Source: Planctomycetota bacterium
GTDB lineage: Bacteria > Planctomycetota > GCA-002687715 > CAIWVZ01
NCBI GenBank assembly: GCA_044222185.1
Contig: JBGANV010000001.1
Coordinates: 1,920,001-1,984,000, forward strand
Reading direction: 5' to 3'
DNA length: 64,000 bases
The translations under genes and the position numbers were made by a program. Below, in pieces: positions 9,571-19,208 of the stretch; within the stretch, counting starts at the first letter, position 1, and every line of letters starts with the position of its first letter. A model generated the notes under the pieces. That model searched no databases and was not told the origin of the DNA. It saw nothing but the letters and a program-made list of their open reading frames with translations.

Positions 9571-10781
9571 GCGCCACTGCGCGCGACGCACTCTTGCCGG
9601 AGACCTCGGCCCTCGCTCGCCGCGTCGTCGCCGAGGGGCGCCGCGACCGAGCGATCGCAGCGCTGGGCGCCGCCGCGCTCATCCTCGGTGTCGGCGCCGG
9701 CTTCGGCGAAGGCCTGGCACGAGCGGTCTTCGTCCCCGGGCTTCGAATCGCCGAGTGCTTCATCGGAGGCGCCGCACTTGCATTCGCATGGAGGGGCGCC
9801 CGCCGCGCCCGCCGAGCGGATCCGGGCTGGGCCGCGCGAGCCGACGAATCACCCCGTGCCGAAGGGACCTTCGCAGCGCTCTGCGCGGCAGGCACCACGG
9901 CGACGTTCCGCCCGCTGCTCGAGGCCCGCGCCGAAGTGCTCGCGCACGAGGCGCTCGCGGTCCCTCGCGCTCCGTCGACGGCGATGCCTGGTGCGCTGCG
10001 GTCCGCGGCCGCCCTCGGGCTCGCCGTCGTGATCGCTCTGCTTCCGGGACGTGTCCCATCGCCCGCAGCGCTCGATGACGCCCGACAACGTCAAGCCGCC
10101 GAGCAGGGCCGCCGGCTCGAGAGTGTGTCCGACCTGTCTCCCGACGACCGCCGTGCCGTCCGAGACGCAGGTCGAACGCTGGCCAGCGTGGATCTCACGC
10201 GGACCGAAGTCGCAGCCGCCCGCGCACGCGTCGACGCAGCGCGCGGCACGGCTCTGGCCGACGTTCGCCGCGTCGCCGAGGAACTCGGACGTTCGAAGGA
10301 CCTCGCCGATGCCGCTCGCGCCATGGCACTCGACGATCCGGCGACCCTTCGTCGCCTCGTCGAGGAGCTCAAGCGTCGCCTCGCCGCGGGGGCAATCGGG
10401 CCCGAGGGAACGAACTCCATCTCCGAAGCGATCGCGGCGGCGGCGATCGCACTGCGTGGCGACGACCCGCTGCGCGAGGAACTCGGTGACGCCGCCCGCA
10501 GGGTGGCAAACGCCACGGGAGCCGGATCTGCTGCAGCCGTTGGCGACGCGTTCTCGGCCATCGAGAAGCGACGTCAGGCAGCGGCCACGCTCACGGACGC
10601 CGTCATCACCCTCACCGAGGGCGATCACCAGCGAGGTCGGGGAACGGGTGGCTCGGTGCTGAACCCGTCACCCTCGCCGCAGGTGGCTCAGGGCCGAGAG
10701 CCGCGAGGCCGGAGCCCACGCGCGAGCGCGGCACCATCGTCCGACGACATCGTCGTGCGGCGGTATTTCGGGCTCGAGTGA
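9567..10781 (+). CDS. Hypothetical membrane protein (about 3 TM helices, helical region, C-terminal VRRYF)
   Basis: GTGA overlap with the upstream gene; hydrophobic segments; the terminal ..IVVRRYF motif is common in DUF4175-like/vWA-associated proteins. Confidence 0.55.
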   Translation: MSATARDALLPETSALARRVVAEGRRDRAIAALGAAALILGVGAGFGEGLARAVFVPGLRIAECFIGGAALAFAWRGARRARRADPGWAARADESPRAEGTFAALCAAGTTATFRPLLEARAEVLAHEALAVPRAPSTAMPGALRSAAALGLAVVIALLPGRVPSPAALDDARQRQAAEQGRRLESVSDLSPDDRRAVRDAGRTLASVDLTRTEVAAARARVDAARGTALADVRRVAEELGRSKDLADAARAMALDDPATLRRLVEELKRRLAAGAIGPEGTNSISEAIAAAAIALRGDDPLREELGDAARRVANATGAGSAAAVGDAFSAIEKRRQAAATLTDAVITLTEGDHQRGRGTGGSVLNPSPSPQVAQGREPRGRSPRASAAPSSDDIVVRRYFGLE

Positions 10782-10807
10782 CGTCGAACCCGAGGCCTGG
10801 CGATCCG

Positions 10808-12394
10808 TCAGCCGACGACGGCCGGACGGGGCGGCGCATCGACGATCGGGTGGCGCGCCAGACGGCCCTGAAACAGCGACAGCAGCGCGATGTACCAGAA
10901 CCCGACGAAGAACAGGCAGAGGAACGGCAGGGTCCCCCAGAGCCTTTCGGAGCACGCGTATCCGAGCACGGCGGTGAAGTAGACGGCGAAGGCCAGCTCC
11001 ACGAACGGAACCAGGTTCCGCACGCCGCGGTAGCGCTTCTTCACCCACGCGTTCGGGCCGTCGTTCGACGCGGCGTCGTACTTCGGCGTGCGGACGAAGC
11101 CGCTCTCGTGACCGAGCAGGGCCTCGAGGACCGCCTTGGCTTGATTGATCGTAAGGCCGATGCCCACGGCGAGCATCATGGGAACGGCGAGGATCCGCGA
11201 CTTCCAGTCCTTGTACCCGAGCTTCTGCGCGAAGGTGTAGAAGATGATCACGGAAGCCGTTGCCATCAGGAACAGCCCGAGATCGATGAGGCCGCCGAGC
11301 GTGCTGCTCGCGACCCGGTTGCGCGCCACGAGCATCGGCAGAGTCAATCCGCAGATCCCCAGCATGAGCAGGTACGCCATGTTGCCGGTCAAGTGGAAGA
11401 AGGCCTCCATCTTCACGGCGAACGGCTGATTGCTTCTCAGGATGTCCGGGAGGATCTTCTTCATCACCTGAACGCTGCCCTTCGCCCAGCGATGCTGCTG
11501 GCTCTTGAACGCGTTCATCTCGACCGGCAACTCGGCCGGACAGACGAGGGTGGAGTCGTAGACGAACTTCCACCCGCGAAGCTGGGCGCGATAGGACAGA
11601 TCCATGTCCTCGGTGAGCGTCTCGCAGTGCCACCCGCCGGCATCGGCGATGGCTTCGCGGCGCCACAGCCCGGCGGTGCCGTTGAAGTTGAAGAACAGGC
11701 CGCTGCGGTTGCGCGCCGGGTGCTCGACGAGGAAGTGCCCGTCGAGCATGATCATCTGGACTTTCGTCAGCAGGCTTTCCTGGTCGTTGATGTGACCCCA
11801 GCGTCCCTGGACGACGGCGACGCGCGGATCCGAGAAGTAGTGCACCGCCCGCGTCAGGAAGTCGACGGGCGGCCGGAAGTCGGCGTCGAAGATCGCGACG
11901 ATGGGGAACTTGGCGGTACGGAGGCCGTTTTCGAGAGCCCCGGCCTTGAAGCCACCCCGGTCCTCGCGGTGAACGAATTCCACGTCGATGCCGCGCGCGC
12001 GCCATGCTGCGCACGCCTGCGCGGCGATGAATCGTGTCTCGTCCGTGGAATCATCCAGCACCTGGATGTGGAGACGGTCGCGGGGGTAGTCGATCGCGCA
12101 TACGGAGTCGAGCAGCCCTTCGACGACGTACTTCTCGTTGAACAGCGGCAGCTGGACCGTGACGCCTGGGAGATCGGCCCGGTCGAAGATCCGCAGGGGT
12201 TTCGGCTGGTTCTTCCGCGAGCGCCAGTAGTGGAACAGAAGCGTGTAGCGATGCCCCCCGTACAGCGAGAGAAGGACCAGGATGGCCACGTAGGTGACGG
12301 CCAGGATCGTGATCAGGACGGAGTCGTCGCCCGCGCCAGAGATGGCCTCGCGAAGCAGACGGTTGTTGAACACGGCAAAACTGTGCGCGAACAT
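10808..12394 (-). CDS. Processive GT2 glycosyltransferase, cellulose-synthase-like (CslA/CslC type)
   Basis: VQLPLFNE, DDSTD, KAGAL, FDAD, FNGTAG, TEDMD and QQHRW motifs; multiple TM helices. Confidence 0.9.
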   Translation of the reverse strand: MFAHSFAVFNNRLLREAISGAGDDSVLITILAVTYVAILVLLSLYGGHRYTLLFHYWRSRKNQPKPLRIFDRADLPGVTVQLPLFNEKYVVEGLLDSVCAIDYPRDRLHIQVLDDSTDETRFIAAQACAAWRARGIDVEFVHREDRGGFKAGALENGLRTAKFPIVAIFDADFRPPVDFLTRAVHYFSDPRVAVVQGRWGHINDQESLLTKVQMIMLDGHFLVEHPARNRSGLFFNFNGTAGLWRREAIADAGGWHCETLTEDMDLSYRAQLRGWKFVYDSTLVCPAELPVEMNAFKSQQHRWAKGSVQVMKKILPDILRSNQPFAVKMEAFFHLTGNMAYLLMLGICGLTLPMLVARNRVASSTLGGLIDLGLFLMATASVIIFYTFAQKLGYKDWKSRILAVPMMLAVGIGLTINQAKAVLEALLGHESGFVRTPKYDAASNDGPNAWVKKRYRGVRNLVPFVELAFAVYFTAVLGYACSERLWGTLPFLCLFFVGFWYIALLSLFQGRLARHPIVDAPPRPAVVG

Positions 12395-12515
12395 GGGCTC
12401 CTCGTGGATTCTGCCCGGGTGCGCTCGCCGCGATCCTCCCGCTGCCGCAGAGCGCCGCGGATCTTAGGTTTGCGCCGAAAGCCGATCAAGACCGCAGACC
12501 GCGCCGGAGGCCGTC

Positions 12516-13616
12516 ATGGATGAATCACCCGACTCCGCTTCGCGCACTGCGAACGCCAACCCCTTCGACATCGAGCTTTACGATTTCCGCCTGCCCGATG
12601 AACTGATCGCGCAGACGCCGGCATTGGAGCGAGATCAGGCCCGCATGCTGGTGCTCGATCGCTCCAACCACTCGATGCTCGACCGTTCGGTGCGCGACCT
12701 GGTCGGATTCCTGAAGCCGAACGACCTGCTCGTCCTCAACGACACTCGCGTCGTGCCGGCGCGTGTCCTCGGCCGCCGGACCGACACCGGCGGAAGGATC
12801 GAGGTGTTCTTTCTTCGGTTTTCGGACGGCGAACAGGAAGTGCTGCTGAAGACCCGCGGCGCCATCGCGCCGGGGATCACGCTGACCGTGGACGGCGAGG
12901 GCGGATCACAGTCGCTGACGGTCCTCAAGCGTGCGCCGGTCGGGACGTGGACGGTCCGGACCGGGCTGAGGGGCGACGAACTGCTCGCATGGCTTGGGCG
13001 CGTGGGGCGCACGCCGTTGCCACCCTACATTCGCCGAAAGGCGGATGACGTGTCGTCCCGAGCCAGCGACGCAACGCGCTACCAGACCGTCTACGCTTCG
13101 GCGCCCGGCGCTGTCGCTGCGCCGACCGCCGGCCTCCACCTCACGGACTCGTTGCTGCGCGCACTCGGAGACGCCGGCGTTCGCCGAACGACCGTCACTC
13201 TTCACGTGGGTCTCGGGACCTTCCGAACCGTGTCGACGACCGACATCCGCGAGCACCAGATGCACTCCGAATGGTTCTCGGTTTCGGCGCAGGCTGCAGA
13301 CGACGTCGCCCGCACGCGCCGAGACGGTGGAAGGATCGTGGCCGTCGGCACCACGAGCGTGCGTGCCCTCGAGAGCGCGGCGCGCGAGGACGGCGTGGTC
13401 GCCGCAACCTCGGGTGAGACGCGGATCTTCATCCATCCCCCGTACCGGTTCCGCGCCGTCGACGCGCTCATGACGAACTTCCACGTTCCGAAGAGCACGC
13501 TGCTCATGCTCGTGTCGGCGTTCGCCGGACGCGAGTTCGTGCTCGAAGCCTACAAGCACGCCGTCCGGCAGAAGTACCGGTTGTTGTCGTTCGGCGACGC
13601 CATGCTCATCGTCTGA
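12516..13616 (+). CDS. queA: S-adenosylmethionine:tRNA ribosyltransferase-isomerase
   Basis: LIAQTP, NDTRVVPAR, PLPPYI, YQTVYA, AAPTAGLH, TNFHVPKST and SFGDAM motifs. Confidence 0.96.
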   Translation: MDESPDSASRTANANPFDIELYDFRLPDELIAQTPALERDQARMLVLDRSNHSMLDRSVRDLVGFLKPNDLLVLNDTRVVPARVLGRRTDTGGRIEVFFLRFSDGEQEVLLKTRGAIAPGITLTVDGEGGSQSLTVLKRAPVGTWTVRTGLRGDELLAWLGRVGRTPLPPYIRRKADDVSSRASDATRYQTVYASAPGAVAAPTAGLHLTDSLLRALGDAGVRRTTVTLHVGLGTFRTVSTTDIREHQMHSEWFSVSAQAADDVARTRRDGGRIVAVGTTSVRALESAAREDGVVAATSGETRIFIHPPYRFRAVDALMTNFHVPKSTLLMLVSAFAGREFVLEAYKHAVRQKYRLLSFGDAMLIV

Positions 13617-13643
13617 GATCACTCCCCGCCTCCGCGCACACAC

Positions 13644-15671
13644 ATGGACGCCACGCGAGCCCGCCAGCGCATCGACGAGTTGCGCCGTACGATCGAGAAG
13701 CACGACCACGCCTACCACGTGCTCGATCGCCCCCAGGTTTCGGACGCCGAGTACGACACACTCTTCCGCGAACTCGTGGAGCTGGAGTCGGCGTTCCCCC
13801 AGTTCGCCGACCAGACGTCGCCGACCCAGCGCGTCGGTGGACGCCCACTCGACGCCTTCGCCAAGGCGCGACATCGCGTGCCCATGCTCTCGCTCGAGAA
13901 CGCGATGGACGAAGCCGAATTCCACGACTGGGTCGGTCGAGTCCGCCGGCATCTCGGTGACTCCGCGCCAGCCGCGATCCCGTTCCACGTGGAGCCAAAG
14001 ATCGACGGGATATCGATCTCGCTCACCTACGAAGGCGGAGAGCTCACGCGCGCCGCGACACGCGGCGACGGCGAGACCGGTGAGGACGTGACGGCCAACG
14101 TGCGGACGATCCGCACGCTTCCCCTGCGGCTGACGGCGGCATCAGCGAAGGCTCCGCCGCGGCTCGAGGTTCGAGGCGAGGTCTACGTGACCAAGCCAGA
14201 CTTCGCCGATTTCAACGCCCGCTTGCCCGCGGGCGAGGAGCCGTACGCGAACCCACGGAACTTCGCGGGCGGATCGCTGCGCCAACTGGACCCGAGGATC
14301 TCGTCGCAGCGCCCGTTGCGGATCGCGCTCTACGCGCTCGCCGAGCGCGAGGGCATCGACGTGGCCACCCAGTCCGACATTCTGGACCTCCTCCGTGGAC
14401 TCGGTCTACCCGTCGCCGACCCCTACAACACGAGGTGTTCGACGCCGGAGGCCGTCGTCGAGCAGTACCGGAAGCTGGAAGCCGGCCGCGACCGGATGCC
14501 GTTCGAGATCGACGGCGTGGTCGTGAAGGTCGACGCACTGGAGCTGCAGACCACGCTCGGCATGCGATCACGTACCCCCCGGTGGGCCGTCGCCTGGAAG
14601 TTCGTCGCACGCGCCGGCGAAACGCTGCTGCGCGCGATCGACGTGTCGATCGGGCGAACCGGCGTGCTCACGCCGGTCGCGGTGCTCGACCCCGTGGCCA
14701 TCGGCGGTGTGACCGTGAGCTCGGCGACGCTCCACAACCAGGAGGAAATCGATCGGCTCGACGCGCGACCGGGCGACCGCGTCGTCGTCGCCCGTGCCGG
14801 CGACGTGATCCCGAAGGTGACACGCGTGATCCCCGCCGAGCCGCGCGGCGAGAAGTTCCGCTTGCCACAGGCGTGCCCCGCCTGCGGGACGGCCGTCGTG
14901 AGGGACGAGGAGGAAGTGGCGCTGCGTTGCCCCAACTCCGCGTGTGTCGAGCAGGTGAAGGGACGAGTTCGGCATTTCGCATCGAAGGACGCCATGGACA
15001 TCGACGGGCTCGGTGAGAAACTCGTCGAGCAACTCGTCGATCGGCACGTCGTCCGCACCCCGGCCGACCTGTTCAGGCTCGACGCGTCCACGCTCGCGAG
15101 CCTCGATCGCATGGGCGAGAAGTCCGCCGCGAAGCTCGTCGCCGGAATCGACGAGTCGCGCACGCGCTCGCTGGGGCGGCTCATCTTCGCCCTTGGGATC
15201 CGCCACGTCGGCGAGGTCGTCGCCGGGATCATCGCCGAGCACGTGGAGACGTTCGAGGGATTCCGCCAGTGCACGGCTGAACGGCTCCAGGGGATTCCGG
15301 AAGTGGGAGCCGTCGTCGCGAAGAGCGTCCGCGATTGGCTGGACTCGCCCGAAAATCAGCAGATGCTCGACGGACTCGTCGACGGCGGCGTCCGGCCCGC
15401 GGCGCCGCCGAAGCGCACGACGCTCGGCCTCATGTCGGGGATGACGGCCGTCGTGACCGGAACCCTCCCGTCGCTCGATCGCAAGGAGGCCGAGAACCTC
15501 CTGAAGGAGAACGGGGCCAAGGTTGCGGGAAGCGTCAGTCGATCGACGACGTTCCTTCTGGCGGGCGAGAAGGCCGGCTCCAAGCTCACGAAGGCGCAGG
15601 AACTGGGGATCCCGATCCTGGATGAAGCCACAGTCCGCGCGTGGCTGTCATCCGGTTCGCGGCCGTTCTGA
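13644..15671 (+). CDS. ligA: NAD-dependent DNA ligase
   Basis: EPKIDG adenylation motif, TRGDG, OB fold, CPAC zinc finger, HhH repeats, BRCT (GSVSRST). Confidence 0.97.
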   Translation: MDATRARQRIDELRRTIEKHDHAYHVLDRPQVSDAEYDTLFRELVELESAFPQFADQTSPTQRVGGRPLDAFAKARHRVPMLSLENAMDEAEFHDWVGRVRRHLGDSAPAAIPFHVEPKIDGISISLTYEGGELTRAATRGDGETGEDVTANVRTIRTLPLRLTAASAKAPPRLEVRGEVYVTKPDFADFNARLPAGEEPYANPRNFAGGSLRQLDPRISSQRPLRIALYALAEREGIDVATQSDILDLLRGLGLPVADPYNTRCSTPEAVVEQYRKLEAGRDRMPFEIDGVVVKVDALELQTTLGMRSRTPRWAVAWKFVARAGETLLRAIDVSIGRTGVLTPVAVLDPVAIGGVTVSSATLHNQEEIDRLDARPGDRVVVARAGDVIPKVTRVIPAEPRGEKFRLPQACPACGTAVVRDEEEVALRCPNSACVEQVKGRVRHFASKDAMDIDGLGEKLVEQLVDRHVVRTPADLFRLDASTLASLDRMGEKSAAKLVAGIDESRTRSLGRLIFALGIRHVGEVVAGIIAEHVETFEGFRQCTAERLQGIPEVGAVVAKSVRDWLDSPENQQMLDGLVDGGVRPAAPPKRTTLGLMSGMTAVVTGTLPSLDRKEAENLLKENGAKVAGSVSRSTTFLLAGEKAGSKLTKAQELGIPILDEATVRAWLSSGSRPF

Positions 15672-15677
15672 TCCGCG

Positions 15678-16352
15678 TCATCGCCCGAGCGCGACGCGGA
15701 TGGATCGCGCGACGGTGCGCGGTTCGTCGGCACCGCAGATGGCGCTCGACACCGCGACCCGGGTCACTCCGTGCTGGCGAAGCCAAACGGCCCGTTCAGG
15801 ATCGATCCCGCCGATCGCGAAGGCCGGCACCGTGGCCGCACCGTACGCCGTTCGGATCAACGTCAGTCCGCGCCCGCAGAGCCCTTTCGTCGAGGTGTCG
15901 AAAACGGGTCCGACGCCGATGTAGTCGACGTCCAAATGGGCCGATCGCTCGACCTGCGCGCGATCGTGCGTGGACCAGCCCACGAGCAGCCGAGGCCCGA
16001 TCCTCGTGCGGGCGTCGGCAATGGGCATGTCGTCCTGCCCGAGGTGAACGCCGTCCACGGTTCCATCCGCGACCGCAGCGACGTCGTCGTTGACGATGAG
16101 CAGGACGCCACGCGACCGCGTGCGTTCGGAGACGCGCCGCAACCAAGGGACGAGCTCGGCGGTGGGCAAACCCGGTTCGCGCACCTGCACGACGTCGACG
16201 CCGCCCTCGATGGCCTGCTCGAGGACCTCCAGGGGATCCCGCCTGCACAGTCTCCGCGTCAGGAGCAGGTACAAAGCGGCGTCGCCCAACCGCTTCCGCA
16301 GTTCCAATCGACCGGCGTCGCCCGCCGACCTCGCCGTTTGATCGTCAGTCAT
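15678..16352 (-). CDS. thiE: Thiamine-phosphate synthase
   Basis: QVRE, LIVNDD, GVHLGQDD, GWSTH, GPVFDTSTK, AIGGI and VSSAI motifs. Confidence 0.92.
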   Translation of the reverse strand: MTDDQTARSAGDAGRLELRKRLGDAALYLLLTRRLCRRDPLEVLEQAIEGGVDVVQVREPGLPTAELVPWLRRVSERTRSRGVLLIVNDDVAAVADGTVDGVHLGQDDMPIADARTRIGPRLLVGWSTHDRAQVERSAHLDVDYIGVGPVFDTSTKGLCGRGLTLIRTAYGAATVPAFAIGGIDPERAVWLRQHGVTRVAVSSAICGADEPRTVARSIRVALGR

Positions 16353-17845
16353 TCGCCTGATGGCCTCGATTCCGGTTGGTCCACGCGCCATCCGCCCCCG
16401 AGCGACTTGTAGAGCGCGATGAGGTCGGCCGTGACCTGAGTCTCGCTCTGAACGAGAGATGACTCCGCGCCGAGCAGTTGTCTCTGCGCATTCAACACGT
16501 TCAGGAAGTCGGTCTTCCCGGCGCCATAAAGCTGAAGCGCGAGGTCGACCGCCTGCGTGTTCGCGGCCGCGGATTCGGAAAGCGCGGCCCGGCGGTCCTG
16601 CTCTCGCAAGAATGCCGCGAGCGCGGTCTCCACGTCACGGAGCGCCGTCAGCACGCTGGCCTTGTAGGCGATCAGGACTTCCTCGGCCGACGCCCTCTGC
16701 AACTCGATGTTCGCGTCGATGCGCCCGCCTTCGAAGATCGGCCAGCTCACGGACGGCCCGATGGACCAGAAGCGGTGCGCGAACGAAACGAGGGACGCCG
16801 CCTCGCTGCCCTGCGTTCCGACGGAGCCCGTGAGCGAGAACCTTGGGAACCGGTCAGCCATCGCGACGCCGATTCGGGCCGTGGCGGCGTGCAAGTCGCT
16901 CTCGGCGCGCTGGATGTCAGGGCGGCGGAGAAGCAGTTCCGACGGCAGCCCCACGGGCACGTCGCCGGGCGGAACGGGAATCGGGCGCACGATCGCCAGC
17001 TCCGTCGCGAGCGCCGACGGCGGCTGCCCCAACAGGACGGACAACGCGTGAACGTCGGCTCGCTCCGCCGCTTCGAACGACGGAATCGTCGACGTCGTGG
17101 ACGCGACCTGCGCCCTGGCGTTGGCAACGTCGAGCGCGCTGACGAACCCCACCTCGAAGCGCTCCTGGGTCAGGACGAGAGTCTGCTGCTGAGCCTCCAG
17201 ATTGCGGCGCGCGATCGCGAGCTGCTGCTGGGTTCCGCGCAAGTCCGTGTAGGTCGCGGCCACTTCCGCGCAGAGCGAGACGAGGACTGAAGCACGATCG
17301 AACCGCGCCGACTCGAGCTGAGCCTCCGCAGCCTCGACTTCGCGACTGAGCCCACCGAAGATGTCGATCTCCCAGGAGGCGTCGAAGCCCTCGCGGAACG
17401 AGCTCCGAGTCGAACCGACGGTCCGACCACCGACGGTCGCGGCCGAGTACGACCGGTCGGCGGACGCCGACGCGTTCACCGTCGGGAGGAGCTCGCCGGC
17501 CGCGAGGCCGAGGCTCGCGCGCGCCTGGCGGATCCGCGCCGCCGCCTGTGCGAGACCGAGGTTGGACTTCACGGCACGCGTGATCAGATCCGAGAGCACC
17601 GGGTCCCCGAACTGGCTCCACCATTCCGTCAGGTCGGCCGCGGCCTCCCGTGGCAGACTCCGTCTCGACGATGCACGCGATTCCGCGCCGAGCTCGGCGA
17701 ACGACGCAGGCACGTCCGAGTCCGGGCGCTGAAAGTCCGGGCCAGACGTGCAGCCCGAGACGACGACGGCGGCAATCAGCAACGCAGCTCGCCGCGCGAG
17801 ATCCGTCGCCACGGCGCGCCGTGCTCGGCTCCATCGCTCGATCAT
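16349..17845 (-). CDS. Outer-membrane efflux lipoprotein, NodT/OprM family
   Basis: Lipobox VSGC, WWSQFGDP, SWEIDIFG, GLPSELLLRRPDI and LYKSLGGGW motifs. Confidence 0.93.
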   Translation of the reverse strand: MIERWSRARRAVATDLARRAALLIAAVVVSGCTSGPDFQRPDSDVPASFAELGAESRASSRRSLPREAAADLTEWWSQFGDPVLSDLITRAVKSNLGLAQAAARIRQARASLGLAAGELLPTVNASASADRSYSAATVGGRTVGSTRSSFREGFDASWEIDIFGGLSREVEAAEAQLESARFDRASVLVSLCAEVAATYTDLRGTQQQLAIARRNLEAQQQTLVLTQERFEVGFVSALDVANARAQVASTTSTIPSFEAAERADVHALSVLLGQPPSALATELAIVRPIPVPPGDVPVGLPSELLLRRPDIQRAESDLHAATARIGVAMADRFPRFSLTGSVGTQGSEAASLVSFAHRFWSIGPSVSWPIFEGGRIDANIELQRASAEEVLIAYKASVLTALRDVETALAAFLREQDRRAALSESAAANTQAVDLALQLYGAGKTDFLNVLNAQRQLLGAESSLVQSETQVTADLIALYKSLGGGWRVDQPESRPSGE

Positions 17846-17858
17846 CGGACGGCGCTCC

Positions 17859-19208
17859 TCACTCGTACCTCAGGGCATCGATCGGGTCGAGCCGCGACGC
17901 CTTCCAGGCCGGATAGAAACCGAAGACGATGCCAACGACGAGCGAGACCGCGACCGACGCAACGACGGCTTCGATCGAGCGCTCGACGGGCCAATGAAGC
18001 AGGTTCTTCACGAGGGTCGCCGCACCGCGCCCGAGCAGGAGGCCGATCACACCGCCGATGAGGCACAAGACCGTCGCCTCCGTGAGAAACTGACTGAGGA
18101 TGTCGCGCGAGCGCGCACCGATCGCCATGCGCAGGCCGATCTCCCGCGTTCGCTCCGTCACGGACACGAGCATGATGTTCATGATGCCCACGCCGCCGAC
18201 GAGCAGCGAGATCAAGGCGACCGCGAGGAGCAGGTTCGTCATCATCCCCGACGTCGCCGCGAGGGCGTTCGCGCTCTCCGTCTGATCGCGGATGCTGAAA
18301 TCGTCGGGCTCACCCGCGCGGATCTTGTGACGCTCACGGAGCAGCTCCGTGATCTGCGCCATGGCGTTCTTGATCTGGCCGGCAGAGGTCGCAGCAACGA
18401 TCAGTTGATCGACGTTCGCGAATCGCGCCGCGCGCGGCGCCTCTCCGAGCTGGGCCGACGCTGGCGGGTAGACGCTCGTCGCCGCGGGGAACACGCCGTT
18501 CGTCGTCGCCGTCGGGGCTGCCGCGCCGCTCCCGCCGGTCCCAGAGCCCGAACCCGCCACGCGGTATTTGATCGTCGTCCAGGGCGCCAGGATGATGTCG
18601 TCCTGATCCATGCCGAAGGCGTTCGCGCCCTTCGCCGTGAGCACGCCGATCACGCGAAAACTCGTGCTCTGGAGGCGGATCTCCTTCCCGAGCGGCTCGA
18701 TCCCCTTGAACAACTCCCGCACGATCGTCTGTCCGACGAGGCAGACCTTCGACGAGTTGCGGATCTCCGATTCGCCGAACATCTCACCCTCTGCGAGCGT
18801 GCTCCAGTCGCGGACATCCAGGTACGCCGCGGAGGTGCCGTAGATGAACGTCGGCACCCAGTTCTTGTCCTGGAAGATGACCTGCGTTCGCGCGCGAACG
18901 ATGGGCGCCGCGGCTCCCACCGCCGGGCACTCGCGCAGGATCGCCGCGCAGTCCTCGGCCGTCATGGTGATCACGCTCCCGGCGCCGTAGCTGATGCCGC
19001 CGCTCGCCGCAGTGCCCGGCATGACGAGGAGGTTGTTCGCTCCCATGCTCGCGATCGTCTTCGCGATCGAGCCCGACGACCCCTTCCCGATCTCCATCAT
19101 CGTGATGACGGCTGCGATTCCGATCACGATGCCCAGGATCGTCAGAAGCGAGCGCGTGATGTTCCTGCGCAATGCGCGGATCGCCGTACTGAAGGTCCTT
19201 CCGCTCAT
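17859..19208 (-). CDS. MacB-family ABC transporter permease
   Basis: RSLLTILGIVIG, GGVGIMNIMLVSVTERTREIG and YPAWKASRLDPIDALRYE motifs. Confidence 0.93.
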   Translation of the reverse strand: MSGRTFSTAIRALRRNITRSLLTILGIVIGIAAVITMMEIGKGSSGSIAKTIASMGANNLLVMPGTAASGGISYGAGSVITMTAEDCAAILRECPAVGAAAPIVRARTQVIFQDKNWVPTFIYGTSAAYLDVRDWSTLAEGEMFGESEIRNSSKVCLVGQTIVRELFKGIEPLGKEIRLQSTSFRVIGVLTAKGANAFGMDQDDIILAPWTTIKYRVAGSGSGTGGSGAAAPTATTNGVFPAATSVYPPASAQLGEAPRAARFANVDQLIVAATSAGQIKNAMAQITELLRERHKIRAGEPDDFSIRDQTESANALAATSGMMTNLLLAVALISLLVGGVGIMNIMLVSVTERTREIGLRMAIGARSRDILSQFLTEATVLCLIGGVIGLLLGRGAATLVKNLLHWPVERSIEAVVASVAVSLVVGIVFGFYPAWKASRLDPIDALRYE

